This document shows positions 52,686-64,000 of a stretch of DNA of 64,000 bases, in pieces (within the stretch, counting starts at the first letter, position 1; every line of letters starts with the position of its first letter). A program made the position numbers and the translations under genes. Source of the DNA: Isurus oxyrinchus (Eukaryota); NCBI GenBank assembly GCA_026770705.1, contig JANJGN010000022.1, positions 21,080,001 through 21,144,000 of the forward strand, written 5' to 3'. Under the pieces are notes generated by a model. The model searched no databases, was not told where the DNA came from, and saw only the letters and a program-made list of their open reading frames with translations.

Positions 52686-54341
52686 TAAAAAGAATTATTG
52701 TGGGGCCTACTGTGCATAAAACGTCTGTTCCATTTGCTTACATAACAAGATTTGTTTGGTCAGTTAGATATCTCAAACACATGAAAATCCATCACCATGT
52801 TTAACCAAATTACTAAGAAATCTGCATATATCCTTGTTCTGGAGTCCACAATTTCTTCCTATTGGAACACCTCCTAAGTACAGAGAGGTTTGGTGTAGGT
52901 TGCAGGCCAATGGTTTAGGGCACAATGTGCACAGAATTATTGCTGGAGTTTATCCAGTTAAAACTACAAGGTTTACCACCCAACCATTAAGACTCTAGCT
53001 TACCAGTTTATCTGAAACTCAGTGGAACGAATCCAGTGTTAGATCTATCCATCCAAGTTCCATTATTGACAAAATCTCACTGTCCAATTACCAATGGGGC
53101 TCTGGAGTCTTATGGACCTGCTTAGTTTCGATGTTGGATTTTCGAGCATGGCGTTGGATGGTTTTGATTTTACAGGTGTATCATCTTGACCTCAAAGATA
53201 TCCTAATTCCTTCCCCCAACAAGGAACATTGTTAGATAGCTGACGGGCAGCAGAACTGTTGTAACAACCCAATTGGTTGAAGCTGCCATCCAATCTTAAT
53301 CTGGCCTGGACGTGACTCCTGTCTTATACTGTGTGTGACCCAGTTGGAAAAGCAATCGTTACACTTCAGGAAGGGAGACTCATCATCAGAGTCTGTCTTT
53401 TTCTGATCATTCTGCAGATCACTCGAACGCCTGACGTACAAGCTGCAACAACCCACAAAGAAAATCTCTTCGAGAGCTATTGATGCCGACAGATATCAAT
53501 ATCTAACTTAAACATATAGAGCACCACCTGGAAGGTGACACATTCCACTTAGACAACTATTAACTTGACACGGACCATTCTGCCTACTATAGTTTAATCA
53601 TTTCCTTTTCACTTTTCTATTTAGTACATTTTCATTCTTGTCCTATTATTTTAGAATCAAAACACGCAAACAATTAATGCCACTTAGAATTAAATTACGC
53701 GTAATAACCTTGTCTATCAGAATAGTAGGTGGGAGTGATTACAACTCTTCACGGAGGAGTTCATATGATTGCATAAACCACAAGGCCAATGTATTGTCAT
53801 CTGCCTCTTAAGTAATCCATTTTAAAAAGTAATGCTACTTTCGACAATAAATACAGTCATGCTATTTTGAATAATAAAAATTTAAATCTGATTTACTGTT
53901 GCAATCTGTGGAAGGCACTTTTGTCCTTGATGGCAGTTGTCAGGGTTGACACTGATGGCCAGGACATTCCAATCAGTTGAGGTGTGACGACATCCTCATT
54001 GAGGGAATAAATCTGGAATCTCACCACTGACACAGCTACCTCATTGATCAAATTATACTGTTGAACTATGCCCCCTTTAAAATAGCCGGCTTCCATTCAG
54101 ACATCTGGCATTGGGCTAATGATGTCCCAATAATGTTGTAATCTAAAATGTGAAACCTTGGGGTGGGCCGAGCGGGAGCAGGCGCGGGCGGGCGCGGCCC
54201 CGATCACTGCCCGCGATCGGATCCACGCCACCATTTTACGCGGGCAGGCCAATTAAGGCCCACCTAACGTAGTGCACGACTCCCGTGGATAGCGGGAATG
54301 GGCGGGCGGCGGGGGGGCGTGCCTTTGCAAGGCTGCTCACA

Positions 54342-56573
54342 ATGGCTGGGAGAAGAGCACATAAGAGGGGTGGTGTGCACCACACGAGTCCGTAGGGTAG
54401 GCAATCGGGGAAGGCCAGGCCGGAGGGCAGGCCATCGGGGCAGGCCAGGTTGGAGGGTAGGCCAGCAGGGCAGTGTACCCCTCGTTTTTGCGACGAGTGC
54501 CTGGGTGCCCCCTGGAGGGGGTGGCAGCGTGACGGGAGGTCCTTCTTCCAAGGGACACCTGACCAAACATGAGTGGGGGGAGGTGGCTGAGAGTGTCAGC
54601 TCCCATGATGTCGTTCGGCGCACATGTGTCCAGTGCCGTAAAAATTCAACGCCCTCTTGCGCTCGGAAAGGGTGAGCACCATGTTGCCTCAGGTTATTTA
54701 ATGCAGCCATCACCCTTTCCCCCCCCACACACCCCCGCCAGCGCTGAGTACAGTAACAGCATTGAATCCCTCACAGCATGTATCCCTCGCTGGGTGTGCC
54801 AGCAGATATTGCCCATGCCCAGTTCATCCTGGGAGGGTTGAGCTAGGATGTGTTCGGCATCCGCAGCACGTGTGACACTGACACCCAGAGTATAGAATGG
54901 GGGTGAAAGTCAAGGGTCTGCACCTAGGCAGAGTGCTGGAACTGGGAAGCATGTCAAAGTCAGGGTGCTAACATGCCAGGAGGGGAGCTTCTAGTTGGCG
55001 GGGCACCAATCCATCTGCTGGTGTTTGTGCTCCACATGCTTGTGCCTCCTTGCTTAGCAAAGTGACACCTTGCGGTGCCACATATGAAGGAGGCAGCATT
55101 TGGCAATGGGGGGTGTAGGGGGTTCAGCCCTGGCTTGTTTGGGTGAGTGTGCGGCAGCTATGGGATGATGAAGAACTAGAGTCCTGCAATGTCCCACTCT
55201 GGCTGGGTTGGCAGGGATGTGATGGCAATCCAGGTACAGACAAGACTAATCAATGCTCCTCCCTCCTTCTCAAGAGAAGACTGCGCACAATTCCGCAGAG
55301 TGGATGTGGACTGGCAGAGGCCAGGCCCAGTTGGCGATTATAACACCGTACGAGCAGCAGGACATAGATCTGGAGAGGCGGCATCTAGGTCCACTGGTGG
55401 CAATGAGGCTAGGGTGCCTGGGGAGGTATGTTTGGCCAGCACTCAGGTCACCATGTGTGTCCCAGCAGCCATGGCACTGTTGAATGCTCAGTGATTGAAG
55501 TTAACAACATGACCATTGATTATGGAGGGATAAACGCATAATGATCCAGGGGAGCAGAATGCAAGTTGACATTGTCTGCACTGTAACTAATCACATGTCC
55601 TTCCTCTTCCATTCAGCATCACTGGGGCAAGGCCGGGAGGAGGAGGTAGAGGGCCCACCTCTCACCCCTGAAGCCCCAGAGCAAATCCACTCACCAGCAT
55701 CACACCATCTCTGCCAGGCAGGCACCAGTGTAGATACTGGTACCTCGGTGGGAATTAGATCTTTGGCTAGTGTCCCGGGGCACAGCGGTGAGGGCACCTC
55801 ACACTTGCTTGATGTGCCGGCAGAGACAGAGAGTGCTCAGGGTGCTGGCAGTTGGAGGACTGCTGGGGACCGGGTACTTGCTTGGTCCATGGCTGATGAT
55901 GGGCCTCTGGAGTCGTCCATGAAGCAGCAGACGCTGGAAGTGCAACAGGGTATGCAGAGGTACATGAGGCTATGTGTGGCATGGTGCCCGTGTTTGAGGA
56001 GACCACACGGAGCATCACCGATGCAATGAGCTTCATAGCCGAGTGCCATGCTTCCTCCATGGAGAGAGTGGCGATTCTCGTGGAGAGGCTCCTCCAGTAG
56101 AATAATCAGGTCCTTCTGGTGTTGCGCTCTGACCTGTAAGTCCTCACATCGGCATTGACCTCAGTTGGTCATTGCCCATGTGGGAGATGGTTTGGACACC
56201 ATGTATCCCAGCTCGGTGCCCATCCATCTATGGTGAGCGGGGAGGTCTGAAGCGACCTCACATCAGCGCAGCAGCTGCCTGTTGTCTCTCAGGGCTCTTC
56301 TCAGGGTGCTCCAGATGAGGGCAGCAGCTTCTCCACCCCTCTGCCAGTGACTGTGGCATCCGATGAGGCTGCAGTGGCTGGGGAGAAGCCAGCTGTGGAA
56401 CTGGCCGCGCTCTCCCAGGTGGGCTATCAAAGGCTCCACAGGCCAGAGGACGTTGGCCAAGGTCACTGAGGCCAAGAAGACAGCACAGTGAGCAGGCTGT
56501 CTCAGATGCTACTCCCAGTGAGGGGACAGCACCTAGACATAGCACCCGGAAGGGTAAATTTAAGGCACCTTAG
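54342..56573 (+). pseudogene. Harbinger Myb/SANT-like gene, copy 2, disrupted
   Basis: EWGEVAESVSSHDVVRRTCVQCRK; donors AGG/gtgagc (~54671) and GAG/gtatgt (~55425); same exon layout as copy 1. Confidence 0.75.
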
Positions 56574-56898
56574 GCACACCACGGGTTTCTCACTGGTGCT
56601 TTTATGTTGGCCCACATTAGTCTATTGAAGACTTGGTGTGATGTCCAACACTGGTTTTTTTTTGATTTATGAAGTTACGTTTGTTCACTCAATAAATTTG
56701 GACATGTTGCCACGCCTCAGGGTGATTCCTTACTTCTGCAAGTGGACAGGAAGCCACGATGTTATGAGTGAGTTATTTGACATTGAGGTTTATTGACAAG
56801 GGCCTTAGTTAATGTTAGTATCCAGGCTGATTTAGCACTCAGGTATCAAGTGTGGAGCCTGCAGCCCTGGTGTGTGTTGAAGGTCCATCTGTGGTGGG

Positions 56899-58123
56899 CT
56901 AGCTGAAGGTTTTTTGGATTAAAGCCTCCCAGGTGTCTCTGCCTCCCTGAAGTATGCCCAGGTCAGCATCTACCCACTCAGTGCGTGCTCATCCTTGGAA
57001 TCACTGCTGGACTCATCGTGTGCATCTGGAGCAACTGTGTCTACGTCTTCCTTGTCCACTGCATCGCCCCTTTCCAGTGCCAGACTGTGGAGAGTGCAGC
57101 ATGCAACCACTATCAGTGAAACACACAATCTGGGGGTATTGGAGTGCACCCCCTGAATGGTCCATGCATTGGAAACGCATCTTGAGAAGACCGATGGCTC
57201 TCTCCACCACAGTCCTTGTGGAGGCGTGGCTCCTATTGTACCGCTGTTCAGCTTCTGTTCTTGGATGGCGGAGAGGCGCCATGAGCCACCTTCTGAGGGG
57301 ATAGCTCTTGTCACCCAGCGACCAACCATCAAGCCGGGCTAGAGCACTGAAGAGCCCCGGCACCTGGGAGTGTCTGAGGATGTGACATCGTGGGAGCTGC
57401 CTGGGTACCTTGCACAGACTTGTAGAATCAGCATCCTGTGATCACACACTATCTGCACGTTCATGGAGTGGAAGCCCTTCCTGTTGACAAAGGCACCGGC
57501 CTCACCTGCTGGCGCCTTGATGGCTACATGTGTACAGTCTATGGCACCCTGGACACGGGGGAAGCCAGAAATGGCTGCAAAGCCTCTGGCTCACTGTGTC
57601 TGGTTGGCATCGTCCCAGCGGTAGTGGATGAAAGTCAATGCACACCTGAACAGGGCATCTGTCACCTGCTTGACACAAGTATGGACAGCTGATAGGGAGA
57701 CTCCGCAGAGATCACCCACCGAGCCCTGGAAAGAGCCGGAGGCATAGAAGTTGAGAGCAGCTGTAACCTTTAGAGCCACTGGCATGGGGTGTCCACCCAT
57801 ACTATTGGAGTTGATCTCAGGGCCTATCATCTGACAGTGGAGGTGACTGTCTCCCTTGAGAGACAGACCCTACTTCGCCACTGCACCTCAGACATATTGA
57901 AGTAGCTGCTTTGCCGCCTGTAAATCCTGGGAGCAGGATAATGGTGTCTTCTGTGGCCCCTTCTGCCTTGCACTTCCTGCTGGCCCTGTGTCCCTTGTGC
58001 CTGTGCCTCTCCTCCCAAAGGTGGCTCCCCTGGAGGCTGAATGTGGACTCCTGCCTTCCTCCCCCTTCTGGCGCTCCTTTCCTCCTCAGAGGAGGTGTCT
58101 CTAGTGAAGAGCACAACTCCCAT
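56899..58123 (-). pseudogene. HARBI1-like transposase, copy 2, disrupted
   Basis: KVTAALNFYASGSFQ, LGDKSYPL, VVERAIGLLKMRFQC. Confidence 0.93.
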
Positions 58124-58859
58124 TCCCAGGCCAAGGGAAGGCTTCGTGAAAGCTGCAGGCCCCAAAAATGATCTTTACTGTAGAATCCTGATCAAGGCTT
58201 TTACTCCTGTCCAAGCAGCTGGTTTGAGTTTTGAAGTATTCCTACTTGCACAAGCAAGTATACGTAACTTTCACACGTAAATACCTGAAAGATCACATTC
58301 GCAACCCCACTCACCCCTCTTATCCTGCCCGTGGATGAGGTTTATACAAATGTCTCCTACCCACCTGCCTGTTGCACCCATGTGACGACCTGAAGATTGC
58401 ACCGGCCCCGAAAAATTGCATTCAGCTGCTGCCTCAAGAGCCTTGACTACATGATTAGTTAATGGCGGGCATCCGAGAACACTGCGCGCCGCCCGCCTAA
58501 ATATCACAATGGTGCGCGGTGATGCCGGGACGCTCGCCTGACATCATTTTACACATCAGGGTTCAGGGCCCCCGCATGGCAACGAGAAAATTCTTCTCCT
58601 TAAGCATTCGCGGTTCTTGTTTCTCCATAACATAATCCCAGCACGTACCCAGCAGATAAACTTACCAAATTATCTTAGTTGAACAACGGGTTAAGAGCAA
58701 ATGGAATTCATTTGAAGTTTGTTAAGTTTTTGTTTGATAGCACTCCTATGAAGCTGCTTGCGACATGTTACTATGTCAAGGGCACTATGTAAATGCAAGT
58801 TGTTGTTGTAACTTTCCACATCATTTCTCTCTCTTTCTCTCTTTTTCTTTGTTTGTGGG

Positions 58860-59125
58860 ATGAGACTGTTTGCTGGCTAGGCCAGAATTTACTGCCCATC
58901 TCTAATTGCCCTTTAGAAGGTGGTGCTGAGCTGCCTCCTTGAACTACTGCAGTCCATGTCGTCCATGATTTTGACCCAGGTACAGTGAAAGAACAGCTTT
59001 ATAGTTCCAAGCGAGGATGGTGTGTGATTTGGAGGGGATCTTACAGGTGGCGGTGTTTCCATGTGTTTGCTGCTCTTATGCTTCTAGGTGGTACAGGTCA
59101 TATGTTTGGAAGGTGCTGTTGATGA
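58860..59125 (-). mobile_element. LINE 3' fragment, inverted
   Basis: Reverse complement of 52380-52660, degenerate. Confidence 0.7.
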
Positions 59126-59416
59126 AGTTGTAGTACATCTTCTCATGCTAGACAACAATTCTTGGTAAATTCTGATTGTCTGGCATCTCTGGTTAACTCG
59201 AATGCTTTAACAACATTACAAAGCTGCTTTCCTGTGTTAGACACCTGGTCTTGGTTAATTTGGTTACTGACAGCTGTGCTGAATGATGAATGATCTATAC
59301 TAAGCAAACTCCCCATTACTCACTGACCTCTGCACATAATAATCAGTGTTAACTAAGTCTGTTGCTGATAATTCATGCACAGGTTGGAGAAGATGTATAA
59401 ATAACTAACTATCAGT

Positions 59417-61738
59417 GGTGGGGGATGATTTCCACTACTACGGTCCTGAATCCTGGGGAAGGCCCGACACTGCCCAGTTAAGTGCCTGACAGGCATTCAA
59501 TTTAGTTGGGCCTCCCCCATGGAAGTGACATGGGTTTCCCACTGGTTCTCCAAATGGTGAGCAAGAACCCCATCCCCCTTAACTTTGTTTTCCTCCATAG
59601 ATGCTGTCTGACCTGCTGATTATTTCCAGAATTTTCTATTTTTATTACAAAAACAAGGGGGTTATGTTGAAACATTATAGGACACTGGTCCTTCCTCCAA
59701 CTAGAGTGGTCCAATTCTGGGCATCACACTTTAGGAAGGATATGAAGGCATGAGATTGGGTGCAGAAAAGATTTGCAAGAATGATTTCAGGGATGAGGGA
59801 GTTCAGTGAAGAGGAGAGAGGGGAGAAGCTGGGGCTGTTCTCCTTAGAGAAGGGAAAGTAGAGAGGTGTTATGATAGAGGTGGTGATAGAGGTTTATCGA
59901 ATAGCAATAAACATGATTAAGAATATTTTATTAAAAATAGACATTTAAGATGAGAATGAATCCCAATATAGACGTGTCTGCAGTTGCTAGAATGAAGCAG
60001 GACTGGAGAAATGACATATACAATTTTTAGCCTCATCCTTTAATCAACTAACTAATCCTCTATTTGACAGGACAGTGCATACGTACATTAATTACTGCTT
60101 AGAAACGCAACACACGCAAATGTAATACACAAAGAGCTCCTTGTCAACACTGAAATTAGTGGAAATTTATTCTGGCCATTTTAATAAAAAACATTCAGTA
60201 CATTTGATTGTAGTAATCTATAGGTAGCCCTCTCCCAAAATCAAATCAAGTTCACAGAGATCACCAGGTAGTTTCCTTTCAATTTATGCGATTGACCGGA
60301 ATACGACAAGTAGATTGCTGGGCGAGGGTAGCACAGTTTTAATTATATCGTGTTGGAGAGGTTTAACTCGGACCAGCATTTTTTTCTTTCTCATACGCGC
60401 CACAGATGTTCACATCAACCCTTCTGCAATCTAATGCACTGTGGCTAACACTGGTCCGCAAGCAGCAGAGGCTAGTCAGTTGTGGGCTATAAATATACTT
60501 GGTTTTCTGTATTGCTTCAGAGCTCATGAGTGCATCACTAACGCATTCATTTGGATAAATTATACAGTAAGCCAAATGCAGGAAAAATTGCATAAGAATA
60601 TGATTTTTTAAGGATAAAGATATTAGGCATGTTCCTTTTGACACATTAAACCCACCTACCCACCTTTTCACCCTCATGCTCCATTATTTCTTTCTCCAGA
60701 AATATATCTGGTCCCCTCTTAGAGTAGAATAAAATGGTTACAGCACAGAGGGAGGCCTTTTGATCAGTCATGTCGGTGCCGGCTCCCTGCCAGACCATCT
60801 CGGCTAATTCCACTTCTCAGCCTTTTCCCTGTAGTCTTGCAAGTGTTCCCTGTAAGATAATGATCCAATATCCTTTTGAAGCCACAATTGCATCTGCCAC
60901 CACCACAACCTGAAACTAAGTCCAGGTACCAGAGGCCCAGATAAGTTTAAAGGGTCCCAAGGCAGGGAGGGTAGGGAGGCCTGGTGCCAGGAAGGGAGAG
61001 GGGGAGGGAGGGCTGGGGGGATCGGGGATTGGGGGCCCTGAAAGGAGCCACCGGGGTTTTGAGTGAGAGGCCGGAGTGGGGACAGAGGTCTGGAAGCCGC
61101 CGGACCTTAAGGTAGGGTGCATGCAGTGCATTCCATATCTTAACTGTTAGATACGTAGAAGTTTTTTCCTCATGTCACCTTTGGTTCTTTTTCCATTCAC
61201 CTGAAATCAGTATCCTCTAACTCTCACCTCATCCCCCAGTGGGAACATTTTCACCCCATCCACTCTGTCCGGACCCCTCGTGATAACACCTCTCTACTTT
61301 CCCTTCTCTAAGGAGAACAGCCCCAGCTTCTCCCCTCTCTCCTCTTCACTGAACTCCCTCATCCCTGAAATCATTCTTGCAAATCTTTTCTGTGCCCAAT
61401 CTCATGCCTTCACATCCTTCCTAAAGTGTGATGCCCAGAATTGGACCACTCTAGTTGGAGGAAGGACCAGTGTCCTATAATGTTTCAACATAACCCCCTT
61501 GTTTTTGTAATAAAAATAGAAAATTCTGGAAATAATCAGCAGGTCAGACAGCATCTATGGAGGAAAACAAAGTTAAGGGGGATGGGGTTCTCGCTCACCA
61601 TTTGGAGAACCAGTGGGAAACCCATGTCACTTCCATGGGGGAGGCCCAACCAAATTGAATGCCTGTCAGGCACTTAACTGGGCAGTGTCGGGCCTTCCCC
61701 AGGATTCAGGACCGTAGTAGTGGAAATCATCCCCCACC
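59417..61738. repeat. Near-perfect 456-bp inverted repeat (59417-59872 / 61283-61738) with a ~1.4-kb spacer
   Basis: Arms are reverse complements with about 2 mismatches seen by eye; mirror-image ORFs 59502-59714(-) and 61441-61677(+). Confidence 0.95.
60720..61495 (-). mobile_element. Old CR1 3' fragment, interrupted by a MITE piece at ~60910-61118
   Basis: CR1 3' UTR ttacagcacagagggaggcc; aaagtgtgatgcccagaattggac; the insert is inverted relative to 62120-62270. Confidence 0.7.
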
Positions 61739-61779
61739 CCCTGGTGGCTAGCTTGAATTAAAGAGACAGTCCAAAACAT

Positions 61780-62506
61780 AGCCAGAGTTTTATGCTCCCC
61801 CACCAGAGGGTTTTTAGGTAGGGTTTGGAGGGGATTGTTAGCGTAAAATTAAAGGGATGGGATTCCCTCCCAGTTCCCACCTACCCCAACCATGCGTGAT
61901 TTTACGCTGGGGCAGGTGAGGCCTTGGATGGGAATTGAGGCCCTTAAGTGGACACTAATTGGTCACTTAAGGGCCATTTCCCACCCAGCCTCAATTTTTA
62001 GGCTGGTGGGAGGACTGAAGATATGTGGGGGAAGCTTGATAATCAATGGAGTTAGATCCAGGGCTGAAAGGGGGTGGCTTCCATCAGAAGCCCTCTTCTG
62101 AAGTCAGGTGCCCCCCGCCCCCAACCTTAATGTCCGGTGGCTTCCAGACCTCTGTCCCCACCCCGGCCTCTCTCCTGAAACTCTGATCGCCCCCTCCGGC
62201 CCTCCTTAACCTCCCCGCCCTGGGACCCTTTAACCTTCCATGGGCCTCTGGTGCCTGGACTTAGTTTCAGGCATCCACCTGTATTTCCTCACCAGACCAC
62301 TGCAGCTCTTGTTGCTCCAGGAAGTGGAAGTCCCGCCTGCAGCCACTTGATGCTCATTCAGGCATGAAATGGCTGCGGGGGCACGGAGTCGGGGGTCGGG
62401 GGGGATTGGTGGGGGGTGGGGGGGGGGGGGGGGGGGGGGGGGTGCGTTCCCTGCCAACTCTTCGGATGACGGGAAGGGAGACCCCGCCATCTGAAAAATT
62501 CAGGCC
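61780..62506. mobile_element. Degenerate Harbinger-type MITE
   Basis: AGCCAGAGTTTT ... AAAAATTCAGGCC TIR-like ends around a GC-rich body. Confidence 0.5.
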
Positions 62507-62871
62507 ATGCTCATATTATAAAACCTCGCATTTGTAACACTGAGCAGCCTACAGGAAGCGTGGGAAAGCTGTGCGACTCCCATTTAATCCATGAGCCATC
62601 ACTAAATCCCAGTGGGCTCAGGGATCATTGCCTCATTATGAATCTAACTGACAACCCACCACAAGCGGGCAAGTCTCTCGCATCGGCCACTTCGCACCTC
62701 CAACTTAATCACGGAGGTTTTCCCACGGGCTGACACACGTCCTTTCCTGCGATCGAGTGGGCCTGCCCGCCATGTTTCCCGCACCACAGGCAATTTTCAC
62801 CCAAGGTTTCAGGCCCGATGGGCTGAGTATTTCCAGTGTTTTGTGTTTTTAATTTAGATTTCCAGCATCTG

Positions 62872-63180
62872 CAGTAAGATGACGTGCGATGATGTAGGGC
62901 GAGCGTCCTGATGTCATCGTGCACTCGCACGATATTTCGGTCAGCGGGCGGGCGCCAGAGTCTGCAGCGCTCCCGCCGACAATTAACAGGCCTGCTAAGG
63001 TCATTAAAGATCTAATTGAATTAAATTTTACGGTTGGCGGGCAGGCGAAAAGGCCAGGCGGCCTTAGGATTTTTAGCGAAACCTCATCCACGGGCGGGAT
63101 GAGGCGTCAATCCGGCATTAAAAAAAATTTTTAATTTTCGAACTAATTTCTAACATGTCCCTGCTCATGTGATAGAGTCA
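62872..63180. mobile_element. Harbinger MITE fragment
   Basis: Homologous to 48960-49290, including the AAACCTCATCC...GGATGAGG hairpin. Confidence 0.7.
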
Positions 63181-64000
63181 GGAAAGTAAAAGCCCATGGG
63201 ATTCAGGATAACGTGGCAAACTGGATAAAATAAAAACAGAATTACCTGGAAAAACTCAGCAGGTCTGGCAGCATCGGCGGAGAAGAAAAGAGTTGACGTT
63301 TCGAGTCCTCATGACGCTTCAGCAGAACTCCAGGAGAGAAATGGAAAGCAATGAAGGTGAACAAGGCAAAAGAGAGATACGGAAATCTTGTCGCAGAGAG
63401 GAATGGAACTTCTTCAAGGTAGGTATTCCTTGAAGAGGCGTGGCAGTCAATTAAACACAGAGATAAAAACAAAAAACTGCAGATGCTGGAAATCCAAAAC
63501 AAAAACAGAATTACCTAGAAAAACTCAGCAGGTCTGGCAGCATCAGCGGAGAAGAAAAGAGTTGACATTTTGAGTCCTCATGACTCTTCAACAGAACTCA
63601 ACTGGATAAAAACTGGATAAAAGGTTGTCTTTTTAACAGGAAACAAAGGGTAATGGTCGATGGATGCCCTTGCGAATGGAAAATTGTCTCAAGTGGTGTT
63701 CCACAGGACTTGGTGTTGGGACCCTTGCTGTTTGTGTTATATATTAACGATTTGGACGTGAACATGGGGGGCACGATTGGGAAATTTGCAGATGACACAA
63801 AGATTGGCCGAGTAGTGGATAGTGTAGAGGATAGCCATAATCTCCAAAACGATATAGATGGGTTGGTGTAGTGGGCGGTAAAGTGGCAGATGGATTTTAA
63901 CATAGAGAAGTGTGAGGTCATACATTTAGGGAGATTAAACAGTTATAGGGATTACACAATAAATGGGAATATACTAAGATGGGTGGATGAAGTGAGATCT
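63181..64000 (+). mobile_element. CR1 RT fragment (host of the Penelope insertion), running off the window
   Basis: SGVPQDLVLGPLLFVLYINDLD...KFADDTKIG. Confidence 0.92.
63231..63599 (-). mobile_element. Penelope-derived tandem pseudo-LTR insertion with two hammerhead-like motifs
   Basis: Direct repeats 63231-63330 and ~63500-63599; TSD AACTGGATAAAA at 63219-63230 and 63600-63622 (twice on the right). Confidence 0.8.

Larger units (their letters stand above)
54157..58597. mobile_element. PIF/Harbinger transposon copy 2 (left TIR not seen)
   Basis: Colinear with 16705-21131 throughout; right end GAAAATTCTTCTCC. Confidence 0.9.

Noticed and set aside
62395-62445. Poly-G run as a functional G-quadruplex
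   Set aside because: It is a homopolymer expansion within a MITE and prone to sequencing error.
1-64000. CRISPR array, rRNA or prokaryotic operon
   Set aside because: No regularly spaced repeat-spacer array and no such genes; the sequence is vertebrate and TE-rich.

Overview
This is eukaryotic, repeat-dense genomic DNA. The repeat families (Deu-SINE, CR1, Penelope ends with hammerhead-like motifs, Harbinger) suggest a cartilaginous fish, probably a shark; that is an inference. I found no intact host protein-coding gene. The window is a stack of nested transposons: a gag-only Gmr1/SCAN-type LTR element, three solo LTRs, two near-full-length two-gene PIF/Harbinger transposons with many related MITEs, a young fold-back Penelope-like element with intact RT and GIY-YIG motifs, a ~8.3 kb RTE LINE split by three insertions, and many CR1/L2/SINE relics. 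The most unusual items are (1) a Gypsy element whose RT/RNaseH is replaced by ~870 bp of coiled-coil sequence resembling UACA/RAI14-family mRNA, (2) a Penelope family whose minimal hammerhead carries a shared non-canonical core, including a 269-nt retrozyme-like tandem unit, (3) a near-perfect 456-bp inverted duplication around a 1.4-kb spacer, and (4) Harbinger copies whose non-coding parts are more alike than their coding parts. All identities are by-eye estimates.
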